This document shows, piece after piece, positions 16,267 to 24,839 of a stretch of DNA of 44,809 nt. The notes under the pieces are model-generated. The model saw only the letters and a program-made list of their open reading frames with translations. It searched no databases and was not told the DNA's origin. Position 1 is the stretch's first letter. Every line of letters starts with the position of its first letter. The position numbers were made by a program, and so were the translations under genes. The DNA comes from Verrucomicrobiales bacterium. Its GTDB lineage: Bacteria > Verrucomicrobiota > Verrucomicrobiia > Verrucomicrobiales > V1-33. Location of the stretch: the NCBI GenBank assembly GCA_031411295.1, contig JANOAV010000153.1, forward strand, positions 1 to 44,809, written 5' to 3'.

Positions 16267-17049
16267 TCATCTGGCTCGTTGCAGAGGAAAAATACTCACG
16301 TCCACTCCGCGGGACATCACAGCATGGTCCGGTGGACGCTTGGGGTCAGTAAAGCCATCTAACGTAAACAGATGAGAATCCCATGCGGTTAGGCTGGGGC
16401 GGTGCAGTTGGTAAGGCTGATGCGCCACCGTGCCACGACGGAGGATTCCGTTGCTCGAAGAAAAAAGATGGTAACGCTCCACCAGGAAGAACTCCAGAGA
16501 GCCCTCCTGCGGCAGTGGCAAAGGGGTTCCGGCAGCGTAATCATAGTGACAAACCAGCGCCTTCGCCCCTTGCTGCCGCCGCTCCGACTGAAACTGAACC
16601 GCGCCGGAGGCTGAGACGGACGCCTTCATGGAGGCGTGCTCATAAGGCAGATGGAAAAGCGCGCGCGCGATTTTTACCGCCAGCCATTGATTCGCATCCA
16701 GCGAGTAAAACCATACGCCTGGCACTCCGTTGCGATCATGCACATAGGTCCGCAAATTCAATTCCAGGAAATTGGAAATACCCGGCACCGCAGGAAGGTA
16801 GGCGGGCCGAATGTTGCGCATGAAAAAGGGCACCACTCCCAAGTAGGCATTTCCTTCATGAGTATCCACATACAGCCCCGCAGGCAGGGTTCGCTGTAGC
16901 TCGACCACGTCGTATCGCCAATGAAGAAACAGCAAATTCTCCCACCGCTGATACATCACCGGACGAACGCTCGGCCGCTGTTGCGCAGCCATTCTTTGCT
17001 CACGCGTTGGCGAGATGATTTTGGATGACGACGAATCAGGGGCGGCCAT
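16267..17049 (-). CDS. YqjF / DUF2071 family protein
   Basis: MYQRWENLLFLHW, FLELNLRTYV, PGVWFYSLDA, FFLVERY. Confidence 0.88.
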   Translation of the reverse strand: MAAPDSSSSKIISPTREQRMAAQQRPSVRPVMYQRWENLLFLHWRYDVVELQRTLPAGLYVDTHEGNAYLGVVPFFMRNIRPAYLPAVPGISNFLELNLRTYVHDRNGVPGVWFYSLDANQWLAVKIARALFHLPYEHASMKASVSASGAVQFQSERRQQGAKALVCHYDYAAGTPLPLPQEGSLEFFLVERYHLFSSSNGILRRGTVAHQPYQLHRPSLTAWDSHLFTLDGFTDPKRPPDHAVMSRGVDVSIFPLQRAR

Positions 17050-17222
17050 GTGGGAAATTTAGCGGATTTAGTATCTACAATGTGAGAACGTCTGCGGTAG
17101 AGATTTGGATTGTCAATTAGCAACCGAACGCTGGAGGTGCTCGCGCTTCCTTGCCAAACCACAAATCAGTTGCCATTCTCCGTATCTCTGCCGTGTAGGT
17201 AAACGTTAATGCTTTAGTCGTT

Positions 17223-18479
17223 ATGCGTAAAATTAAAGATGAGGTAGTAATCGTGGGGGGAGGACTGGCCGGTTTGGCCTGTGCTCTGCGCCTGCATGCT
17301 GCGGGGGTTCAGTCGTTGATCGTGGAAAGCGGTGACGCGGTGGGGGGGCGGGTGCGGACGGATGTCGTGGACGGATTTTTGTTGGATCGAGGGTTCCAAG
17401 TGTTCCTTGATGCCTATCCCGAGGCTGGGGCTCTGTTGGATAAATCAGCGTTGGATCTACGCCCGTTTAAGTCGGGAGCACTGGTATTTCAGAACGGCAA
17501 ACTACGGCGGGTGATGGATGTTTTTCGCGAACCCCAATATCTGCTCGCCAGCGCCTTGGCACCGATAGGATCCTTGACTGATAAGCTGCGAGTGGCTTTA
17601 CTGAAATGGCGTCTGAGCCGGGCGAGCATGGCGGATATCGCTGCTCATGAGGATGTCACCACGGAGCAATATCTTCAGCGGGCGGGGTTTTCGTCGTGCA
17701 TGATCGATGGATTTTTCCGCTCGTTTTACGGCGGCATCTTTCTGGAGAGAGACCTCCGGACCTCAAGCCGGATGTTTGAGTTCACCTTCAAGCTGTTTTC
17801 CCAAGGCAGCGCAACGTTGCCCGCACAAGGCATGGGCGAGATCCCCCGGCAGTTGGCCTCCCGACTACCGGATGGAACCATTCGGTTGGGAGCAAAAGTG
17901 AAGGAACTCTGGGCGGGAGGCGTCACCCTGGCATCGGGTGAGGAGGTCACTTGTGATACCGTTGTCGTGGCTACGGATGCGACGACGGCGGCCAGACTGG
18001 TGCCCGCCCTGGTTGGTGCGGAGCCAGCTTGGCGAGCGGTGACCTGCTTGTATTTTGCGGCCAAGTGTTCGCCCTTGGGCGAGGCGATCATAGCACTCAA
18101 TGGCAGCGGTTCGGGGCTGGTGAATAATGTTTGTGTGCCCTCGGATGTTGCGCCGTCCTATGCTCCAGCGGGCAGCGCATTGATTTCCATTTCCGTGCTG
18201 GGAACACCTGAGCCGACTGATCTGGCATCCCGAGTCGTGGCGGAATTAGAGTCCTGGTTTGGCAAGCAAGTGCAAACATGGCGACACTTGCGCACCGAAC
18301 GCATCCAACGAGCGCTTCCAGAGCAGCCGCCAACCCAGGGTATGCTAGGCGATGGTTTTCGTAAGCATGAGGGGATCTATGTTTGCGGGGATCACCAATG
18401 GAGCGCATCCATTGAGGGCGCGGTTATTTCCGGCCTCAGAACAGCGGACGCAATCTTACAAAAACATAATTCCACCTAA
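17223..18479 (+). CDS. FAD-dependent oxidoreductase (flavin amine oxidase family)
   Basis: VVIVGGGLAGLACA, VGGRVRTD..DGFLLDRGFQV, CGDH...SIEGAVISG. Confidence 0.92.
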   Translation: MRKIKDEVVIVGGGLAGLACALRLHAAGVQSLIVESGDAVGGRVRTDVVDGFLLDRGFQVFLDAYPEAGALLDKSALDLRPFKSGALVFQNGKLRRVMDVFREPQYLLASALAPIGSLTDKLRVALLKWRLSRASMADIAAHEDVTTEQYLQRAGFSSCMIDGFFRSFYGGIFLERDLRTSSRMFEFTFKLFSQGSATLPAQGMGEIPRQLASRLPDGTIRLGAKVKELWAGGVTLASGEEVTCDTVVVATDATTAARLVPALVGAEPAWRAVTCLYFAAKCSPLGEAIIALNGSGSGLVNNVCVPSDVAPSYAPAGSALISISVLGTPEPTDLASRVVAELESWFGKQVQTWRHLRTERIQRALPEQPPTQGMLGDGFRKHEGIYVCGDHQWSASIEGAVISGLRTADAILQKHNST

Positions 18480-18496
18480 CAACCGTTTTACTTCCG

Positions 18497-18973
18497 ATGC
18501 CCTCACAGTTCCACGCCAGCACCACGCTATCCGCCAGCGCGGAAGCGATGTTTGATTTCCACAGTGATCCTCACAACCTCACCGAAGTGATGCCGCCAAC
18601 CTTAACCCTCGTAAGCCTAAAGACCGATGGGCCAGCTGAGGAAGGTCGCATGATCGAGCTGCATTGCCGTGACTGGTGGATAATTCCTATGCACTGGACT
18701 TGCCGATGGAAGACCGTGCAACGGCCCCATTTGCTGGTGGATGAGATCGTGAAAGGCCCGTTTGCACTCTTTGTGCATGAGCACCGATTCGAGGATCAAG
18801 GCTCAGGTCACTGCATCATGCACGACACGGTAACCTACCAATGGGGGCGCTCGTGGTGGGGACGGTTGGTTTCCGAAGTCGGCGTGCGACTCTATTTGAC
18901 CGTGCTCTTCAAATATCGGCATTACCGCACTCGGAAATGGGCGGCTCAAAAAGGCGGTGATCAGCCGTCCTGA
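18497..18973 (+). CDS. SRPBCC family protein
   Basis: FDFHSDPHNL...PP, VDEIVKGPFALFVHEHRFE, DTVTY, FKYRH. Confidence 0.85.
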   Translation: MPSQFHASTTLSASAEAMFDFHSDPHNLTEVMPPTLTLVSLKTDGPAEEGRMIELHCRDWWIIPMHWTCRWKTVQRPHLLVDEIVKGPFALFVHEHRFEDQGSGHCIMHDTVTYQWGRSWWGRLVSEVGVRLYLTVLFKYRHYRTRKWAAQKGGDQPS

Positions 18974-19011
18974 TGGAGCAGTAAGCCCAACGCTCCACCC
19001 CAGAGTTCGCT

Positions 19012-19425
19012 TCAACGTGCGACCAGCAGCAGGAAAACGCCCCGCAGGCTCCATGCGACGGTGCGCAGCCAATTAGTCGCCACGAGTCGCGCCTGAGCTT
19101 GCGGGTCGAACCCGGTAGCGAGCTGGTTATGCAGTGGAATTTGCACCAGCCAGGTGGATAGCCAATTGACGGCCAGGGGCGCGAGACTCGCAAGTAGCCA
19201 GGGATCACGAGAACCAGCCAAAACAAGCCATGCAGCGGTGGCTAGTTCGGTGAACATCAACGGTGCCACGACCCAGGTGATGCGATTCGTGTGGCGCTGA
19301 TGGTAGGCTTGAAAGGATTCCCGCCCGACGTCAGCGAACAAGGGATAGTGCACCAACTGAATGGTCCAGATCAACCCCACAAGCGCCCAGGTTGCTGCGC
19401 AGTGAAATGATAGCATGAGGTTCAT
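19012..19425 (-). CDS. Conserved hypothetical membrane protein
   Basis: GLIWTIQLVHYPLF..V, VAPLM, QIPLH.QL, TNWLRT..WS; four hydrophobic segments. Confidence 0.8.
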   Translation of the reverse strand: MNLMLSFHCAATWALVGLIWTIQLVHYPLFADVGRESFQAYHQRHTNRITWVVAPLMFTELATAAWLVLAGSRDPWLLASLAPLAVNWLSTWLVQIPLHNQLATGFDPQAQARLVATNWLRTVAWSLRGVFLLLVAR

Positions 19426-20366
19426 GCCTCGGTGGGCAGTTTGGCAAGTGCTTCATAGTCAGGGCGGTCTGCGGCATTGGCATGGATGAAGCGGCGGACC
19501 ACCTTCCCCTGCTGTAGCAGAAAGACGCCGGGCATTTGGGTGCCGTCTCCTTCCAGCGCTCCGGGGCGATGGCCCGCCAGGAATGACTTGAGCCCACGCC
19601 ACCAGACGCTCCAGCCAAGCAATTGAATTAATTTACCACGACGCAAACCCAGTCCGCGGTAAAGTCGTCGCTCGGGGTCGGAGATTGCTGGCACATCGCC
19701 CAGCCCATAGTCCGCAGTGAAGGCGGCAAACGATGCCGCTGTGCCCATGTGAACCAAGACCAGTTTGGTCCCGTTTTTCTCAATGCCGACCCGCCCAACC
19801 GAGAGATCCGCCAGCGCTTCACGACAGAAAGTGCAGCCGGAATGACGCAGGAAAACCAGAAGCACTGGATGCTGCTGCGAAAGCTCATACAAACTGCTGC
19901 CGTGCGTGGTCTTCGTTTCTGAAAGCAGCGTCGCTTCATCCGGGATCGCGTCCTTACCTGCTTCATTCTGATACTGGTCCCAAGCGAACTTTAGGATGAG
20001 GAAAAACGGCACCCACCAGATGAGATCATTGGTGACACAGTTGAGGGCAAAACCCCAGGGCAACTGCCCAGTCCAGAGCGCCTGCACCATGCCGAGCGGA
20101 CCGAAGACTTTACCGAGGAAACCAACCAGCACGATGGGCCAATGCCGCACAGGATCAAAGGCCGCTATGGCATAGCCAATCCCGTAAACGCCAACGATCA
20201 TGCCAATGCACTGCCAGAATTGTGGATAGTTCGGCAGCGGCATCTTCAGCCAACCGAAGATAGCGTTTGGAAAGAGCACGGCCCAGGCTCCCCACAGGAT
20301 GTTATACCCTCCGGCCGCCAGGAGAACGTTTCGCATCCAGCGTGGTGATGAGGGAATGTTAGTCAT
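19422..20366 (-). CDS. Membrane domain fused to AhpC/TSA-like redoxin
   Basis: N-terminal TM domain (WQCIGMIVGVYGIGY), C-terminal VFLRHSGCTFCREAL and GDGTQMPGVFLL; start at MTNIP preferred over the longer ORF call. Confidence 0.85.
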   Translation of the reverse strand: MTNIPSSPRWMRNVLLAAGGYNILWGAWAVLFPNAIFGWLKMPLPNYPQFWQCIGMIVGVYGIGYAIAAFDPVRHWPIVLVGFLGKVFGPLGMVQALWTGQLPWGFALNCVTNDLIWWVPFFLILKFAWDQYQNEAGKDAIPDEATLLSETKTTHGSSLYELSQQHPVLLVFLRHSGCTFCREALADLSVGRVGIEKNGTKLVLVHMGTAASFAAFTADYGLGDVPAISDPERRLYRGLGLRRGKLIQLLGWSVWWRGLKSFLAGHRPGALEGDGTQMPGVFLLQQGKVVRRFIHANAADRPDYEALAKLPTEA

Positions 20367-20398
20367 AACTTTACAGTAGGGGGTGGTTGGAAAAGGGA

Positions 20399-21385
20399 TC
20401 AAGGATGGGCGGCTGCTAGCACCGCAGCCGCCGCCGCCCAGCCGGAAAGGGCGGCACCTTCGACCCGAGGACCAGCGAAGGCATCTCCAGCCAGCACCAG
20501 TGGAGGATGGCGGCTTACAATGGCGCATGACTGGGTGTCAGTTTGCAGAGGTTTGCTGTAACGCCAACCGTGGACCTGAAAAGACGTGACGCCGGTGCCG
20601 ATCCAGGCGCCGGCCGCCGTCAGCAACTGCCGGGCAGCTTCCTCACGATCCAATTCCCAATGGGCGACACTGAAAGCATCGGTGGCGTGAATGGTGATCG
20701 CAGGCTCGGCGGAGACGCCTTTTAACTGGTTGTCTGCGATCCAAGCGATGGGGCCCTGAGTCGGCGCAAAACCACCCGGCGGAGGCAGTCGCGAAGGACC
20801 ATCCAATACCGCCATGACAGCCAGACAGCGCGCATACTGGATGGCCGCGAGTCGCTGGCTCAGTGCAGCATCTAGCAAGACACCACCAGCCTCCAATACC
20901 ACCAACGACTGTGGCACGGGCGCGGTCAAAATGATGGCCTGCGCCGACCAAGTCTCGCCATTAGTCATACAGACCGTCCAGTGCTCCCCCGTCCGATGCA
21001 AAGCAAGGACCTGCTTCTCCTGCACGATCTCCAGACCCACCGCCAGATGCTTGGGGAGGGACGACATGCCTGGGGTTCCTCTCCAACGCGGATGGCCATC
21101 AGCCTCGGCGGAAAAGCCTCGGCACCATTCGGTCGCAGCACCTGCGGAGCGGGCATTTTCCAGCACCGCAAGAAAACGTAAATCCCGAGCCGTGACAAAC
21201 TGCGCCCCATGATCAAAGGAAGCCCCGCCGACCCGGCGCGTGGCCATGCGCCCGCCCACGCCCCGGCCCTTATCGATCACGAGGACCGTGCGCCCGGCTT
21301 TCTCCAAAGCGGCGGCGGCGGAAAGTCCAGCCATGCCAGCGCCAATCACTAGCACATCGGCGTTTCGGCTGATGGCGTTATCCAT
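20399..21385 (-). CDS. Renalase-like NAD(P)/FAD-dependent oxidoreductase
   Basis: VIGAGMAGL, DKGRGVGGRMATRR, FDHGAQF, HGWRYSKP, AGD....RVEGAALSG. Confidence 0.92.
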   Translation of the reverse strand: MDNAISRNADVLVIGAGMAGLSAAAALEKAGRTVLVIDKGRGVGGRMATRRVGGASFDHGAQFVTARDLRFLAVLENARSAGAATEWCRGFSAEADGHPRWRGTPGMSSLPKHLAVGLEIVQEKQVLALHRTGEHWTVCMTNGETWSAQAIILTAPVPQSLVVLEAGGVLLDAALSQRLAAIQYARCLAVMAVLDGPSRLPPPGGFAPTQGPIAWIADNQLKGVSAEPAITIHATDAFSVAHWELDREEAARQLLTAAGAWIGTGVTSFQVHGWRYSKPLQTDTQSCAIVSRHPPLVLAGDAFAGPRVEGAALSGWAAAAAVLAAAHP

Positions 21386-21648
21386 GTCGCTTGCGAGTCT
21401 TTGGGTGATTCATGCTGTAGTGATAAGATCCGATAATGGAAGCGAAGCCGAGGAAGAAGCAGAGGTTGCTGAGTTGTTTGAGTTGGTTTGGCTTCATGAT
21501 GACAAGTGAAACGCTTGGCACCACGATCGAGATGCCGTGAGAGTTTCGAGAGTCCATCTTCTTAGTGGCGATGACTGCCACGCAGGAAAGCCGCGTAACA
21601 TACCGATACGCTTAATTCCGTGGTTTCCCGCAGGATTTAAACATACCG

Positions 21649-22395
21649 CTATTCAACCAAACCAACCGCGTAGGGCCAAAGTTTTTCCAAGGTGGAAGTT
21701 TTCAGCCAACCTCGGGTGCCGCTGCTCCCGGGTAATTCGATGTAACTCCACGCCCCCCGCTGCTCCACGAGACGAACCAGACTGCCGGCATTGATGGCGA
21801 TCAGAGTATCTGCCGTATCCGCCGGAGCATTCAGAACCGATAAATCCTCTTTCATGACCACACTCAACTCGGATGCAGGCACTTGACGATCCCGGACCAA
21901 GGAGCCAACTCCGGTCGCAATGAGCCCCAGGAAAGCCACGGACACACCAGCGATCCAGGGCCAGACGAGCCTGGGGCGCAACGCGAACAGGACCACCAAC
22001 CCAAGCACCAGCGACCAGCAGCAGGACCAGAAGGCGACCTTCCAAGTCGCAGGCTTCAGGACCCGGGCATAGTCATCATAAGTTGAATCATCGAACACAA
22101 AAATCCCCTCCCGACGCTTGAGGTAGCGCAAGTTCTGCAAACTTTCACGATGGCGAGGATTGAGCAGCAGAGCCCGGTTGAACCATAAGACCCCCGCCGC
22201 CGGATTCCCCAGTTTCACCTCCGTGCACCCCAGATTGAACGCCAACTCTACGGATAACCCTTGATCGACCAGCGCAGTGAATTCCTTTTTCGCCTCGGCA
22301 TATTTCCCCTCCTCATACGCCTCGCATCCGGAGTTAAAATCCGCACGGGAACAGTTGATCAGCAACACCAAGCAAAGCAGCACAAAACGAAACAT
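21649..22395 (-). CDS. BatE-like TPR / SH3 membrane protein
   Basis: Signal peptide, TPR (LAFNLG...FNRALLLNPR), two TM helices, C-terminal SH3b-like (WSYIEL...RGWL); follows batD. Confidence 0.8.
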   Translation of the reverse strand: MFRFVLLCLVLLINCSRADFNSGCEAYEEGKYAEAKKEFTALVDQGLSVELAFNLGCTEVKLGNPAAGVLWFNRALLLNPRHRESLQNLRYLKRREGIFVFDDSTYDDYARVLKPATWKVAFWSCCWSLVLGLVVLFALRPRLVWPWIAGVSVAFLGLIATGVGSLVRDRQVPASELSVVMKEDLSVLNAPADTADTLIAINAGSLVRLVEQRGAWSYIELPGSSGTRGWLKTSTLEKLWPYAVGLVE

Positions 22396-22435
22396 GAGTC
22401 AGAAAGAGAAAGAAAGGAAAGGTGGGGAGGGAAAG

Positions 22436-24181
22436 CTAAAATTGTTTCAAAACATCAACGATTTCCTGATGCTCAGAATCCGGAACTGCCTGATTAGCAA
22501 CGTCCGCCGAGCCATAATTATAGAAATCCCTGCGCATTAAAACCCGTTTGGACATCTCCGCCTTGGGCGAGTCGGTCGCAGGCAATCGATTCCCCTCACG
22601 CTGCCAAGCCGTCAGGAAATCCGCCGCCAAGGAGTAGAATTGCCGCAGACTGGAGCGCTCGCCCCGCAGTTGCTTGAGCAGGTCGGCCGCCTTGGCGGGG
22701 GCAGCCACGCGGACTTCGCGCGCCCATTTGCGAGCGGAATACTTTTTATGCCAAGCTTTAAGCAAGATGGCGAGCAACAGGGCGGCCGCGATTCCGTGAA
22801 TCAACCAAGGGTAGCGCAAGTTAAATGGTGGCGATTGCAGGGCAATCATAGCTCCCGGGGTGCGCAGCACGCTCAGGACCCCATTTAGCTCCTCTTTGGG
22901 AACATCGGTCGGCTCGAAGGAAAAATCCCGGATTCCCGTCACCCCTCCAACCGCACCTGCGGTCGCCCCGACAGCATTTGGATTCGGCAAGACTTGGACG
23001 GGAATGGCATCGGTTTTGGCCACCTCGTATTGCGCAGTATCGGGATTGAAGAAGCTGAGCGCGAACGAGGGAATGACGGTTTGCACCTTATCAGGAATCA
23101 GCACCTGACTGTAAACCACCCCGCCTGGCTCCAACCCGGTATTGCGATTCTCTTGCACCTGTTTGGCAGCATAAAGTCTCCAGCCTTCCGTGGAGGAAAT
23201 CTCGGGGGCCACCAGACTCTCAAAGTTACCCACACCGTTGATATACAGGGTGGCAGCAATCGGATCCCCTTGGATAACCTTTAAGGGCTGGGCCTGGATC
23301 TGGACGGTAAACTTTCCCACGGCTCCGCTGAAATTCGCTGGCTTTCCAGCTTCGGGCAGGGGCTTGGACTTGATCATCAACGGGTCACTCTTGATTTTAT
23401 AAGTCGCCTGCTTGGCGCTCATGAAGCCAAAGGGATCTCGTCGTCCCGAACCGTCCGGCACCTCGACGTCCATTTTAACCTCAGCGGGACCCAGCACCAG
23501 TTCCCCCGCCTTGATGGCACTGATGGATGTCCTAAAGTAAAATGCTCGATAAAGCGCTCCGTTTAATTGGACGACGTTATTGTCCGGGTTGCGCTGAAAG
23601 CGTTTCATGGCGAAATTTTCCCGGGGAAGGCTCGGAAAAGGCAACTCCCGCAGATTCACCCCTTGATGCACCAAAAGCGTGATCGTCAGTCCCACCACCT
23701 CCGACTCGAAGACCTCGCTCTTGCTGGTTTCCAATTTTAAGATGGGCCGGAAGGGATCGTCACTTGGATTAACCGGCTCATTGGCGGCAGTCACTTTGAG
23801 CTTCAGGGGCTGGGTCTTGTAAATTCGGCCCTCGACTGGCACGTCCAACTCTGGAATCGTGACCTCCCCCGCTTCGGACGGGGTGATGAGGTAGGTGAAA
23901 GTCGCAAAGATCTGGACCTGACCATTGATATTCATCTGCATGTTGGAAACCCCCGCAGGGTCAATTTCCAAGCCCGGGATCTCCAATGCCGGCTGAGCCA
24001 CTGCCGATTGCGCCCCGCGGATTTGAATCGTCAATTGCACTTGATCCCCCACCGCAGCCTGGTTCTGAGATAAGGCCGCCACCACCGACACCTCAGCGTG
24101 AGCCACCGTCCCGCCTAAGCAGAACAGGAGCGTCATCAGACTGCGTTGCAGAAATGTAAAATAAGGTAAAAGTCGATGCAT
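22436..24181 (-). CDS. BatD family protein
   Basis: Signal peptide, VGDQVQLTI, YKTQPLKLKV, KPLP...PANFSGAVGKF, FFNPDT..Y, C-terminal TM. Confidence 0.88.
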   Translation of the reverse strand: MHRLLPYFTFLQRSLMTLLFCLGGTVAHAEVSVVAALSQNQAAVGDQVQLTIQIRGAQSAVAQPALEIPGLEIDPAGVSNMQMNINGQVQIFATFTYLITPSEAGEVTIPELDVPVEGRIYKTQPLKLKVTAANEPVNPSDDPFRPILKLETSKSEVFESEVVGLTITLLVHQGVNLRELPFPSLPRENFAMKRFQRNPDNNVVQLNGALYRAFYFRTSISAIKAGELVLGPAEVKMDVEVPDGSGRRDPFGFMSAKQATYKIKSDPLMIKSKPLPEAGKPANFSGAVGKFTVQIQAQPLKVIQGDPIAATLYINGVGNFESLVAPEISSTEGWRLYAAKQVQENRNTGLEPGGVVYSQVLIPDKVQTVIPSFALSFFNPDTAQYEVAKTDAIPVQVLPNPNAVGATAGAVGGVTGIRDFSFEPTDVPKEELNGVLSVLRTPGAMIALQSPPFNLRYPWLIHGIAAALLLAILLKAWHKKYSARKWAREVRVAAPAKAADLLKQLRGERSSLRQFYSLAADFLTAWQREGNRLPATDSPKAEMSKRVLMRRDFYNYGSADVANQAVPDSEHQEIVDVLKQF

Positions 24182-24200
24182 GTCAGAGGGTTACGAGGAG

Positions 24201-24839
24201 TTATTCCAAATCGCCAGTGGTGAAATTCCCGATGGATTTAAGGCCGTTTTCCGAAATCTCAAACGCCTCATCGCTGGCCGGATAAATGGCGTCCGTGAAG
24301 AGCGTGGCCACCTCAGATCCATGTTTAATAAAGGCTCCAGATTGGCGAGGAAATAGATATACGGTGAAACGATCCGGCACCAGCGCCACGATCTTGTCCC
24401 CGAGTTGAGGTGCGGCCAACTTCAACAATTCCGGGCACAGAATGATGCTGGAAGTGAGGTGGCGTGGGCTGGTGAATTTGAGATACTCCACCGTGCCTCG
24501 TTCATCCTTATGGATTTCCGGGGTGAGGGTAGCCAAGTGGCGCGCGGCTGCTGCTTTCGCCTTGGCAAGATATACTGGCCATGCCATGCCCAATTCCTTC
24601 CATGCCTCATCATCCAGCAACTTCGAGCCGCTTTTCAACTCCGTGGCGGGGGTCAAGATCGTATTGCGAGAGCCAGCTAATTCGTGCGCGGTGGTCGTGT
24701 GCAGAACTTTTGGCTCGACCATGACACAAATTGGCTCCAAGGCGGGAGCGACCGGCTTCACGGGAACCTTGTCTGCGGCAAAAACCACTCCCAACCCACT
24801 CAGGATCAACAGACTAAGAAAATAGCACGCACGAGACAT
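24201..24839 (-). CDS. Hypothetical exported protein
   Basis: 212-aa ORF with signal peptide, coupled to the PBP gene stop. Confidence 0.75.
   Translation of the reverse strand: MSRACYFLSLLILSGLGVVFAADKVPVKPVAPALEPICVMVEPKVLHTTTAHELAGSRNTILTPATELKSGSKLLDDEAWKELGMAWPVYLAKAKAAAARHLATLTPEIHKDERGTVEYLKFTSPRHLTSSIILCPELLKLAAPQLGDKIVALVPDRFTVYLFPRQSGAFIKHGSEVATLFTDAIYPASDEAFEISENGLKSIGNFTTGDLE

Noticed and set aside
21378..21581. Small ORF upstream of the renalase-like gene
   Set aside because: The hydrophobic start MKPNQLKQLSNLCFFLGFASIIGS may be a truncated small membrane protein, but evidence is too weak to call.
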